From positions 19,716,001 to 19,780,000 of the forward strand of contig OX597820.1 in NCBI GenBank assembly GCA_951406725.2: a stretch of 64,000 nt of DNA. The letters are read 5' to 3'. How positions within the stretch are numbered: the first letter of the stretch is position 1; each line of letters begins with the position of its first letter. The notes below the pieces were generated by a model that was not told where the DNA came from, ran no database searches, and saw nothing but the letters and a program-made list of their open reading frames with translations. Shown in pieces: positions 39,407 through 50,961 of this stretch. A program made the translations under genes and the position numbers. Source of the DNA: Octopus vulgaris. Its lineage: Eukaryota.

Positions 39407-40078
39407 ATGGCGAAAGAACGCTCTACGACAGTTTTGTGGGTGCTGAGATGGTGTTTGATATCTATATTCGGTCTCTCTCTTTGCTTGTTGCCATATCTAA
39501 CGTAGAGTCGGTTCCGTTAGAACCAGGAATTAAGAATGATGCAGGACCACTGGGTTCAAACAAACACAAACTGGGGATGTCACACACTATCGACAAAACA
39601 GGCCCCTATGGAACACAAAAAGAGACCGAAGCGATAGGATCAACTAACTTAGACTTCATTCATGTCTCTATTGGCTTCTCTATTGGTCATTATAGTGTCC
39701 GAATTGGGAGATAAAACCTTCTTCATTGCAGCTATAATGGCCATGAGACATTCCCGGGTAACAGTGTTTTTGGGCACTATGGCAGCTTTCGCACTTATGA
39801 CTGTTTTATCTGCTATTCTCGGTTTTGCTACAACAATTATCGCTTGGAAATATACCTTCTATATCTATTCATTACTCTTCTCTACATTTGGACTGAAGAT
39901 GCTGAAGGGCAGTTACAAAATATCTGCGGACGATGGCCAGGAGGAGTACGAAGAAGTGCAAGCTGATCTGAAGAAGAGAGAGGATGAAATGCAGAAAGCC
40001 AGCTACTCTCAGGATGTAGAGACTGGCATAATTCGATGCTGGAGATGGTGGGGAGTTATCTCCCCACTAATGATATAA
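39407..40078 (+). pseudogene. TMEM165: Processed pseudogene of TMEM165/GDT1 (UPF0016 Ca2+/Mn2+ transporter), 3'-truncated
   Basis: Intronless. ATG at 39407 starts a signal-peptide-like segment, with a frameshift at about 39480. Then ...TNLDFIH, a frameshift at about 39665, and LLVIIVSELGDKTFFIAAIMAMRHSR...DDGQEEYEEVQADLKKREDE...DVETG, closely matching animal TMEM165. It ends at ISPLMI* before the second ExGD(K/R) motif. Confidence 0.92.
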
Positions 40079-40705
40079 CCAGGAGTGCATTTCGCACCAA
40101 AAAGCCAATGTAACAGTCTCTTTCAGGGTAACAACTGTAGTATGGTTTGTTCTAGTAGAACGTCCACATCTAAGTGGAAATAAATATTACATCTTAGTAC
40201 CAATACTGCCTCTGTCACTAATATATACATATATAAAAACATCAGCATGTGACTGGTTGCAAGTACACATCATTGACAAGGCCCAAAAAGGATGAAATGC
40301 ATCTGTTATTCTCACTAGTCATAATCAAGACAGGTTTTTGTCTCCCTCTTATGTATATTGTGTTATTAAACACAGCATATCCACAAAAAGATTTCTCTCA
40401 GATGAAGACAGTAGTAAGTTGCCTGTCAGCAGTATATACACACACACAAACACACACTTCTATTTAATGATTCAACTCATTTCTACTTCAGTAAATACAG
40501 ATAAGTCTACAGTATACCTGAGGAGGTCTAGTAAAGCAGAAACATGTCTAGAGTCATCTCCCATAATTACTGAAATATTCTTTAACCATAGCCATCACTT
40601 GCATCTGAGAACGACTTACTAGCACATATGAGGTAATGTGCAAGAAAAGAAAACGACATGAGAGGGACAGGTTTTAAGAAATGTATTAGTTTGACACTTA
40701 AAAGA

Positions 40706-40742
40706 GTCTCAATGTTTTGGACGCTAGTCCTTCATCAGAAAA
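40706..40742 (-). ncRNA. Minimal hammerhead-like motif (CpG-decayed)
   Basis: UUUU-CUGAUGA-A-GGAC(UAGC)GUCC-AAAACAUU-GAGA. Restoring two CpG transitions gives GAAACGUU. Confidence 0.55.
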
Positions 40743-40925
40743 ATAAAAGAATGGAAGGAATATAAAGCAAGAGGAAAGGTGGTAGTGGGGAGAAGGCAGG
40801 CTGGTAGGAACATATATTGGAGGGTCTCCGTGTGTAGAGAAAGGAATTGGGAGAAGTGTATGCATGGAAGTGGTATGGGGTGCATGTGGTTTCTTGGGGT
40901 GGTGCTGGGGCATGTTACTAAAATA

Positions 40926-41330
40926 TACCTATTTCTTTACTACCCACAAGGGGCTAAACACAAAGAGGACAAACAAGGACAGACAAACAGATTAAGTTGA
41001 TTATATCGACCCCAGTGCGTAACTGGTACTTATTTAATCGACCCTGAAAGGATGAAAGGCAAAGTTGACCTCGGCGGAATTTGAACTCAGAACGTAGTGG
41101 CAGACGAAATACCTATTTCTTTACTACCCACAAGGGGCTAAACAAAGACAGACAAATGGATTAAGTCGATTACATCGACCCCAGTGCATAACTGGTACTT
41201 AATTTATCGACCCTGAATGGATGAAAGGCAAAGTCGACTTTGGTGGAACTTGAACTTAGAATGTAGTGGCAGATGAAACACCGCTAAGCATTTCGCCCGG
41301 CATGCTAACATTTCTGCCAGCTCACCGCCT
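40926..41330 (-). mobile_element. SINE family B partial dimer flanked by a roughly 100-115-bp direct repeat
   Basis: Two tandem 3' halves. Flanks 40813-40929 and 41331-41427 are diverged direct repeats. Confidence 0.85.
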
Positions 41331-42589
41331 TATATTGGAGGGTCTCCATGTGTAGAGAAAGGCATTGGGAGAAGTGTGTGCATGTGGTTTCTTGGGGTGA
41401 TGCTGGGGCATGTTACTAGCAAATACCATGTATTCACTTTTTGTTTTGGGCTTCTATGTAGTTGTGAGCAGATATTGTCACAAACACAGTCATACAAGTT
41501 AAACAACTAGGATGTCACTGCTAGAAGGAGAGAAGACTGCACCACCAATCAGCTGGTAGCCATTTTCAGTGTAGACCGGAGCAATATGAAACAAAGTGCC
41601 TTGCAAAAATTTCCAGCCTTTAGAAAGGATTATTATCATTATTATTATTTTTAAGGTGGTGAGTTGGTAGAATAGTTAGCATGCTGGGCTAAATGCTTAA
41701 CAGTATTTTGTCTGTTGCTATGTTCTGAGTTCAAATTCTGCCGAGGACAACTTTGCCTTTCATCCTTTCGGGGTCAATATAAGAAGAGCCAGTTGAACTC
41801 TGGGGTGGATGTAATCAACATACACCCTCCTCCAAAATTGCTGGCCTTGAGCCAAAATTTGAAACCATTATTATTTTTTCACATAATTATAATTATTATT
41901 ATTATTATTATTATTATCGGTGGCACGTCCATGTCGGTGACACATAAAAAGCACCATCCGAATCGTGGCCGAAGCCAGTGCCGCCTCGACTGGCTTCCGT
42001 GCCGGTGGCACGTAAAATGCACCATACCGACCGTGGCTGATGCCAGCCTCGCCTGGCACCAGTGCAGGTGGCACTTAAAAAGCACCCACTACACTCTTGG
42101 AGTGGTTGACGTTAGGAAGGGCATCCAGCTGTAGAAACACTGCCAGATCAGACCGGAGCCTGGTGCAGCCTCCTGGCTTCCCAGATCCCTGGTCGAACCG
42201 TCCAACCCATGCTAGCATGGAGAACGGACGTTAAATGATGATGATGATGATTATTATCTAATAGTCATTTAAACTTAATATTTCTTTTTAAAGCTAAAAC
42301 GTGAGGAGTGGTGAGTCTTGGTATTTCATTTGAAACACCTAATTAAAACTTTATTATTTTACTATTCATTTTGCTTCTTTTTTCTCTTTTTTTTTCCTTA
42401 AAAAAAATCTGCTTTTGTTACAGTTTTATTTTTAGGACAGAGTTAATTTTACAGCTGGGTGCCATTGCTGCTGCTAACCACTCAACTGTGAAATAAAAGT
42501 CATATAAACAGAGGTTAATGCCTTACTTAGGGTTACGACCTAACGACAATAGAAACAAAGTACTTATGACCTATGGATATGTAGTATGA

Positions 42590-42624
<35 letters not shown>

Positions 42625-43539
42625 TCATCATCATCGTTTGTATGCATATAGTGCATGTGTGTGTAAAATAATGTTCTATAGACCCAGGTGTAGCTGTTTC
42701 GTTGAAAAGTTGCCATTGTGTGGTAACTTGAAATGTGTATGTTCAACAACAGGACCAGGCTAACCAAATTTTAGGTGTAGGTGTGGCTGCATGGTAAGTA
42801 GCTTGCTCACGAACCACATGGTTCCGGGTTCAGTCCCACTGCATGGCACCTTGGACAAGAGTCTTCAACTATAGCCTCGGGCCGACCAAAGCCTTGTGAG
42901 TGGATTTGGTAGATGGAATCTGAAAGAAGCCTATCATATATATATATATATATATATGTACATATATGTATGTGTGTGTGTCTGTGTTTGTCCCCCCCAA
43001 CATCGCTTGACAACCAATGCTGGTGTGTTTAAATCCCCGTAACTTAGCGGCTTGGCAAAATAGACCGATAGAATAAGCAAATCAACCCTGAACTTATTCT
43101 TTGTAAGCCTAGTGCTTATTCTATCGGTCTATTTTGCCAAACTGCTAAGTTACTGGGATGTAAACACACCACCATCGGTTGTCAAGCGATGTATATATAT
43201 ATATATTTACTTCTAATATAGGATAAAACTTTTTTCCAAAAAAATTTCATCAAAGTGGCCAGTATATTAAAATACCTTTAAAGGTGAAAATTATAAACAA
43301 GTGCAAAAGAAAAAAAAGATTTCTATTTATTTCTTATCATATTTTCTACTGAAGAGGGAAAAATCTGTGGGATTAATCCCGAAATTGATTCAATATAGAG
43401 ATAAATTTTTTTTTAAAAAAATTTCTTTTAGCTTGCCTTCCTCGATTTCAGCAAGACGTGTATTCATGGTGAATGTGACGATTTAAAGTCTATTCTCTGC
43501 ATATTGGCATGAAATCTTTTTTCTTTTGCCTTGCTTATA

Positions 43540-43796
43540 TATATATATATACATACAAACATACATATATACATATGATTGACAATTACAAACATACATA
43601 TATCTATTCATACAAGCATATTGGCATATGTATATATACATACATACAAGTCATATGTATATATACATACATATGTATTTCCTCATATGTTTTGCCCTTG
43701 CTTTCATACATATATATATATACATACATATATATATACATACATACATACATACATACATACATACGGTACATACATATATCATATATATATACA

Positions 43797-43832
<36 letters not shown>

Positions 43833-43837
43833 TATAC

Positions 43838-43868
<31 letters not shown>

Positions 43869-44828
43869 TACATACATACATACATATATACATATGTCAC
43901 TATGATAGATCGTTAGCCACTACACACATTTTTTTCTCGCTTTGTTTTTTCTGTATCCCTTTCTGTAGAAGAGCGTAGGCTCGAAATGTAAAAGACTTTT
44001 TCTATTCCTGAGCGTTATACTAATACATCTGTTTGTTTCGTACACCACCTGTCTTCGTCTCTTGTTTTTTTTGTAAACTCTCCCTATATATGAAATACGA
44101 ATCAAACCTGGGAATGTGAACAACAAGAGAAACAAATGGAAAACGACAAGTAACATAGAGAACGACCCTTCATCAGTTGTTGGCTGTTTATCTACTCCAC
44201 ATTTCGAGCAATTCACAACAACATGTCTTTGAAAACCCATTGCTTTCATGAACCAAAATAAAATTTGGGATTTACGGAGGGTCAAAGTTGGTAACACAAA
44301 CAGGACAGTGGAGACATACAACAAACTAAAACAAACAGGGAGATCCGTTAGGCCAGACAATGTAAGCTAGCAAAAGCTGGAGAAATATTCTTTGATAAGA
44401 GAAAAGATAGGAGAGGAGACAGATTAGAATGTGTCTGGTCTGGTGCTACAGACTGAAGGAAAAGTTAGATGATCATGTGAGGAAAAGAAAGATGGATGCT
44501 GGTCATGTGTGAGCAATGAGAGAGAGTAAAGGAAGAAGGGGGAGAGAGAGAGATAGAAAATGGTGAAGGGAGAAAAAAGAATTAGAGAAAAAAAGAGAGA
44601 AAGCAAAAGAGGAGAGAGGGTATTGTGAAAGGCTTGTTTGGAGGCCTAAACCTTCCAAGTTTTTTTTACAGGGCTTAAGAAAACTGAAGGACCACTGCAG
44701 TAAGTGTGTGAATCTGAGAGGGGAATATACTGAATAAAATCATAATTAATTGATCCTCCTGTATTTTATTTTGCCGAAAGCCAGGAACTTTTCAGCACCC
44801 CCTTGTGTATGTATATATGTATACAAAC

Positions 44829-44877
<49 letters not shown>

Positions 44878-45162
44878 CATACACACACACACACATGCAA
44901 GTGAATATGTACATGTATGTATATATATATATATCTACACACACACACATATATACAAATATATATATATATACATGCATATATTTATGTATCATCATAC
45001 TTACATACACACACACACACGCACATATATATATACATACATACACACACACATGCAAGTGAATATGTACATGTATGTATATATATATATCTACACACAC
45101 ACACATATATACAAATATATATATATATACACACATGCATATATTTATGTATCATCATACTT

Positions 45163-45195
<33 letters not shown>
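43540..45195. repeat. (TA)n/(CATA)n/(CA)n microsatellite blocks (43540-43895, 44805-45195), the latter containing a tandem duplication of about 160 bp
   Basis: Direct inspection; catgcaagtgaatatgtacatg...gtatcatcatacttac occurs twice. Confidence 0.85.
44635..44804 (+). mobile_element. mariner transposase 3' end plus TIR
   Basis: FFTGLRKLKDHCSKCVNLRGEYTE* (mariner KCVxxxGxY C-terminus), followed by the TIR-like end ggaacttttcagcaccccct. Confidence 0.7.
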
Positions 45196-45197
<2 letters not shown>

Positions 45198-45414
45198 AAT
45201 TTATATATGCTACATACTGTTAAATATCTGAAGATCTGTGGAGGATGAAAATAGCATCAAACTTATTAAACTGGTAGTTAAATGGGCAATTCTTTGAAAA
45301 TATAAATGTTTAAGCCTCTTTGTAGCGAAGCTGTTGAATTAATCCTCCAATGACGGTCTTTCATACTTGGATGTGGAACCAGCAGTCTGCCTAAATGAGA
45401 AATAATTTATGGAA

Positions 45415-45730
45415 ATTTAGTAGTAGTAATAGTAGTAGTATTAGCATTATTATTATTATTATTAGTAGTAGAGGAGTTGTGCTGGTGGTAGAAGTTGTAG
45501 CAGTGGTGGTGGTTGTGGCAGTTGTAGTGTTGATAGTGGTAGGGATGTTGATGATGATTGTGGTGATGGCGGTGGCAGCAGTGATGGTAGTAAGTGCGGT
45601 AGTGGTGGTGGTGGTGGTGATGGAAGTGGTAGCTATGTTGGTGGTGGTGATGGAAGTGGTGGCTGTGTTGGTGGTGGTCATTGTTGTCTTAGTAGTAGTA
45701 GTTGTGGAAGTGGTGGTGGTAGTAATAGTC
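45415..45730. repeat. (GTA/GTG)n trinucleotide microsatellite
   Basis: Direct inspection; the poly-Val/poly-Thr ORFs are spurious. Confidence 0.85.
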
Positions 45731-46219
45731 TTCGCCAGCAATACCTATTTCTTTACTACCGACAAGGGGCTAAACACAGAGGGGACAAACAAGGACAGAC
45801 AAAGGGATCAAGTCGATTACATCGACCTCAGTGCGTAACTGGTACTTAATTTATCGACCCCGAAAGGATGAAAGGCAAAATCGACCTTGGTGGAATTTGA
45901 ACTCAGAACGTAACGGCAGAATACCATCATCCTCAAAACATCCTTGCAACATCAGAATTAAGGAAGCACTTCCCCTGTGCCCTGCTTGCCACTGGTCACT
46001 GTGATAGAACCAATGGGGATGGCAATGTTGGTTTTCTCATTTACAGCAGTGGTCTTTGACCACCAGACCATGGATCATTTAGTTCCAAGCCATACAGAAA
46101 GAATAAATTTTAAAATTTTGGCCTCAGTGCCAGTGGCACGTAAAAGCACCATCCGTTCTCTGGTCAAAACCAGACTCTCTGGAAAAAACCCCCCCAAATA
46201 AACATTGAGGGAACCAACC

Positions 46220-46866
46220 TACTATATGACCATCAACACTATATGGAACTATGGAACCATCAACACTAAATATGGAACACTATATGACCATCAACACTAA
46301 ATATGGAACACTATATGACCATCAACACTATATGGAACTATGGAACCATCAACACTAAATATGGAACACTATATGACCATCAACACTAAATATGGAACAC
46401 TATATGACCATCAACACTAAATATGAACACTATATGACCATCAACACTATATGGAACTATGGAACCATCAACACTAAATATGGAACACTATATGACCATC
46501 AACACTAAATATGGAAGACTATATGACCATCAAAACTATATGGAACTCTGGAACCATCAACACTAAATATGGAACACTATATGACCATCAACACTAAACA
46601 TTATGGAACAACCTACTATATGACCATCAACACTATATGGAACTATGGAACCATCAACACTAAATATGGAACACTATATGACCATCAACACTAAATATGG
46701 AACTATATATGACCATCAACACTATATATGGAACACTATATGACCATCAACACTATATGGAACTATGGAACCATCAACACTAAATATGGAACACTATATG
46801 ACCATCAACACTATATGGAACTATGGAACCATCAACACTATATATGGAACACTATATGACCATCAA
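46220..46866 (+). repeat. Minisatellite with higher-order structure (core accatcaacacta; units of about 28-31 bp)
   Basis: About 20 copies of the core alternate with linkers aatatggaacactatatg and tatggaactatgga. Confidence 0.95.
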
Positions 46867-47214
46867 GCACAAACAGGTTACCAAATCCCCCACCAGGAAG
46901 TCAACCAAGCAGAACGCTGAACTCTGCCAAAATATATTTTGTCCAAAATGGAAAATATTTTTGATCAAAACAAATGATGTCACAAAACTTACAATCAATC
47001 AGAACTTGTTCCTTGACTGTGGTCAGCAAGGAATGAAAATGTTTGATAAACAAATGACGTCACCAGGAAGCCAACCAACCAGAATGCTAGACTTTGCCGA
47101 AATAAAAATATTTTGACCAAAACACCAACGACAAAAACCAAAAGACATCATCAAAATTACAACCAATCAAAGCTTAGTCCTTTACTGTAAAAACATGTTG
47201 CTGTGTGGTAAGAA

Positions 47215-47334
47215 GCTTACGGCCATATCACGTTGAAAGCACCGGTTCTCGTCCAGTCACCGAAGTTAAGCAACGTTGAGCCGAGTTAGTACTTAGATGG
47301 GTGACCGCTTGGGAAACCCAGGTGCTGTAAGCAT
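47215..47334 (+). rRNA. 5S rRNA: 5S rRNA full-length copy (120 nt); probably a retroposed/pseudogene copy
   Basis: GCTTACGGCCATATCACGTTGAAAGCACCGGTTCTCGTCC...GAAGTTAAGC...TTAGTACTTAGATGGGTGACCGCTTGGGAAACCCAGGTGCTGTAAGCAT. Terminal stem GCTTAC/GTAAGC and box A/C present. Followed by an A-rich tract rather than an oligo-T terminator, and solitary rather than arrayed. Confidence 0.93.
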
Positions 47335-47758
47335 AAAAGAAAAAAAAAAGGTGGCAAGCTGGCAGAATCGTTAGTACTCTGGACGAAATGCTTAGCGGTA
47401 TTTTGTCTGTCGCTACATTCTGAGTTCAAATTCCGCCGAGGTCGACTTTGCCTTTCATCCTTTTGGGGTCGATTAAATAAGTACCAGTTACGTACTGGGG
47501 TCGATATAATTGACTTAATCCGTTTGTCTGTCCTTGTTTGTCCTCTCTGTGTTTAGCCCCTTGTGGGTAGTAAAGAAATAGGTATTTCGTCTGCTGCTAC
47601 ATTCTGTGTTCAAATTCCGCCGAGGTCGACTTAGCCGTTCATCTTTTTGGGGTCGATTAAATAAGTACCAGTTATGCACTGGGGTCGATGTAATCGACTT
47701 AATCCCTTTGTCCTTGTTCGTTCCCTCTATGTTAAGCCCCTTGTGGGCAGTAAAGAAA

Positions 47759-48130
47759 TAAGAAGCTTGCTTCCCAACCACATGGTTCTGAGTTCATTCC
47801 CACAGCATGAAACCTTGGGCAAGTGTCTACTACTATAGCCTCGGGCCAACTAAAGCCTTGTGAGTGGATTTGGTAGACAGAAACTGAGAGACCCCTGTTG
47901 TATATATACTTATATATATATTTAATCTGTGTGTATCTTTGTTTGTCCCCCCCCCCCCACTTGACAACTGGTGCTGGTGTGTTTGTGTCATCATAACTAA
48001 GCAGTTCAGCAAAAGAGACTGATAGAATAAGTAACAGGCTTACATAGAATATGTCCAAGGGTTGATTTGTTTGACTAAGAGGTAGTGCTCCAGCATGACC
48101 ACAGTCAAAATGACTGAAACAAGTAAAAGA
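47759..48130 (+). mobile_element. SINE family A body, interrupted near its 5' end (head at about 47196-47218)
   Basis: Head ctgtgtggtaagaagctt resumes as taagaagcttgcttcccaacc at 47759. Confidence 0.85.
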
Positions 48131-48324
48131 ACAAAAAAATACACACACACACACAATAGGTTTCTTTCAGTTTCTGTCTACCAAACGCATTCAAGCACCG
48201 GACTTTAAAGAATAAGTATTGTGGTCGATGTGTTTGACCAAAACTCCTTCAAGGCAGTGATCCAGTACGGCAACAGTCCAATGACTGAAAAAAATAGTAA
48301 AAGATAAAAAATAGAGAGACAACT

Positions 48325-49135
48325 GAATTCCTCACCTAGTATAATGAGGAACTCAGTTGGCAACATTAGTAAGTGGGTATCCTCAATGTTTTCCAATGAA
48401 GATGCTCTGATGGAGGTAACTGGGTATTATAATAAGGTACTGAAACAAGGAAGTTCTTCACTAAAATCAAATACATAAAAAAGACTTAGGAAGAACAGTG
48501 TAGAACAGGAATAGGAAATGTTACATTTTATGGTACAACCCAGTTTTTAATCTAGCAGTAAGAACTATTACAGCTAGAGAATTCTTTAATCTATTAGATA
48601 GCCATTTACCAACATGTTATAAGTATAGTAAGATATTAAATAGAAACTGTGTTAAAGTTGGTTATTTTGCTTGTAAGAACTTCAGAGGTTATAATGTTGC
48701 AAAACTGAATGTAAAAAATAGGTAAATGCCTAACTGGCAATAATGATGCAATTTCAGGATTCATGAGAGTTGCCCACTGGATGGTAACTGTTTTGGCAAA
48801 GTTGATGATATACAGTGCTAAAATAGAAACATCAGAGAAGAGCCTAAAATATATATTGAGGTAACTGAAATGACATTCAAAAATCGATTTTATAAGCAGA
48901 AATATTCATTTGTTGGACCTGATTACAAAAATGTGCTACGGTCCTTGTATGGGTCAAGTTTTCATGAATTCAAAACTACCCAAACAATTGTAGATAAGTA
49001 CAGTAGCATCAAATTAAAATGTGATATTTATTGAGTGGAAAATTAAGAATTTTGATTCAAGGATGCTGCAGTTTGAACAAAAGGACAGAATTGCTAGCTC
49101 CATGAATGCACAGAGTTAAATATCGTTTGTACAAA
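48325..49135 (+). mobile_element. Decayed Penelope-like element ORF (RT thumb/linker + GIY-YIG endonuclease)
   Basis: Frameshifted remnants read SPSIMRNSVGNISKWVSSMFSNEDAL...YYNKVLK; LWYNPVFNLAVRTITAREFFNLLDSHLPTCYKYSKILNRNCVKVGYFAC; CPLDGNC; KIYIEVTEMTFKNRFYKQKYSF; LNKRTELL. These match typical PLE motifs WFNPPF...IFNRNTVKVSYSC, CPLxGxC, YIGxTExxFKxR and LNKRSE. Confidence 0.8.
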
Positions 49136-49712
49136 TGCCAGCCTTCTTGAATTTCATCCTCATTCAAGGAGAAAAGTGTTGGGAATATACCCAGAACACT
49201 CAGAATCTATATATATATGAACATGCATTGTTTTTAAAATACCATTTTTTAAAAATATTACTTTTTAAAATTATTTAAACTGGCCATATCCGACCCAAAT
49301 TTTCTACTTCTTTTATGGTCAAGCCATCTAGATCTGGCCTCTTGCTCATATCCTACAATGACATCCTCAAAATAAAACCATCACATCATCAAATTCTCAG
49401 AGCTACAAGATAATGCAGGATTAACTCAAAACAATGTGAATAAAAAAGCATTATATTTGACAGAGTAATCTGAACGCTAAAGGGTTAAAATATTATTTAA
49501 ACAACAATACAATTTCATGTTCTTAGAGCTTCGAGACGCTTGGAGTATTCCCACAAGAGCCAGAAATTAAATGAAATACACAAGCTTGAGTCAGCTCATT
49601 TTTGCATGTTTCACACAGTTTTTAAAAAAAAAGTATAAGATAAGCATTTTCTTCATAACTTTCTTATAATATTTGAAAATATATTCAAACAGATATTCCA
49701 AATGAAAACAGG

Positions 49713-49930
49713 TTATCTACAATTGATTGGGTAGTTTTGAATTCATGAAAATTTGACCCATACAAGGACCGTAGCACATTTTTGTAATCAGGTCCAACAA
49801 ATGAATATTTCTGCTTATAAAATCGATTTTTGAATGTCATTTCAGTTACCTCAGTATATATTTTAGGCTCAGCTCTGATGTTTCTATTTTAGCACTGTAT
49901 ATCATCAACTTTGCCAAAACAGTTACCATC
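49713..49930 (-). repeat. Inverted duplicate of 48780-48997 (about 218 bp)
   Basis: Reverse-complement match with only a handful of substitutions. Confidence 0.9.
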
Positions 49931-50132
49931 TACTGGAAATGTAAAACCGAGAGTAATGGAATTAGGAGCATTTTAGTAAGAATGCATTAAGGAATATTCT
50001 TTGCTTATGTATTGAGTTTTGTGATTCCTCACTTCTCAGAGAATCAAGTGAATCAACAGATATATATGTAGGTGTGTGTGTGTATCCTAGTGGCTTGACA
50101 ATCGGTGTTGGTTTGTTTACATCCTCACAATT

Positions 50133-50422
50133 TCAGTTAAGTTAATTTTTGGGGGGCTCAAAAAGCAAAAAAGCAAGGCCATGTAGGGGGACATGGAGTT
50201 ATGTAAGGGAGGGTGTTCATGCAAAGAGTTCAGGCCATTTCTGGCCAAGAGAGACTTTGAACCGAGCGGTCGTCGGCATCTTCACTATCTCGTCTGGCAG
50301 CTTATTCCACGGATCCGCAACCCGGACGGAGAAAGCCCCTCTCCTTCGACTGAGATGAAATCGTCGCAGATAGAGCTTTTCGGAGTGACCCCGCAGCCAA
50401 CGCTCTGGAGCAAAGTGGTGCA
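50133..50422 (-). mobile_element. 5'-truncated CR1-group LINE 3' end inserted into a SINE
   Basis: RGHSEKLYLRRFHLSRRRGAFSVRVADPWNKLPDEIV...FKVSL matches the CR1/L2-type RGH...FSxRVxxxWNxLP C-terminus; short (TTAAC)n tail. Confidence 0.8.
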
Positions 50423-50579
50423 ATAAAAGAGACTGATATAATACACGGCTTAAAAAATAAGTACTGGGATCAATTTGTGCATCTGAACTCTTTTCCAGGT
50501 GGCGCTCCTGCATAGCTGCACTCCAATGACATATATATGGGTGTGATGTGTGTGTGTGTGATTGTGTGTATTTTTTTTT

Positions 50580-50961
50580 TTTTACTTGTTTCAGTCATTT
50601 GACTGCGGCCATGCTGGAGCACCGCCTTTAGTCGAGCAAATCGACCCCAGGACTTATTCTTTGTAAGCCTAGTACTTATTCTATCGGTTCTGTTTTGCCG
50701 AACCGCTAAGTTACGGGGACGTAGACACACCAGCATCGGTTGTCAAGCGATGTTGGGAGGACAAACAGACACATAACATATATATACATATATATACGAC
50801 GGGCTTCTTTCAGTTTCCGTCTACCAAATCCCCTCACAAGGCTTTGGTCGGCCCACGGCTATAGTAGAAGACACTTGCCCAAGGTGCCACGCAGTGGGAC
50901 TGAACCCGGAAACATGTGGTTGGTTAGCAAGCTACTTACCACACAGCCACTCCTGCGCCTA
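50580..50961 (-). mobile_element. SINE family A
   Basis: Full consensus. Confidence 0.9.

Noticed and set aside
39662-40078. Functional TMEM165 gene
   Set aside because: Two frameshifts upstream, missing second conserved motif and C-terminal half, and no introns; treated as a pseudogene.
44160-44215. Hammerhead at minus-strand CUGAUGA (44170-44176)
   Set aside because: No convincing stem II followed by GAAA in the right order.
45391-45838. Mucin-like poly-Thr or poly-Val membrane protein ORFs
   Set aside because: Trinucleotide microsatellite running into a SINE; no supporting gene structure.
46220-46866. CRISPR-like regularly spaced repeats
   Set aside because: The spacers are repeated rather than unique, the context is eukaryotic, and there are no cas genes; it is a minisatellite.
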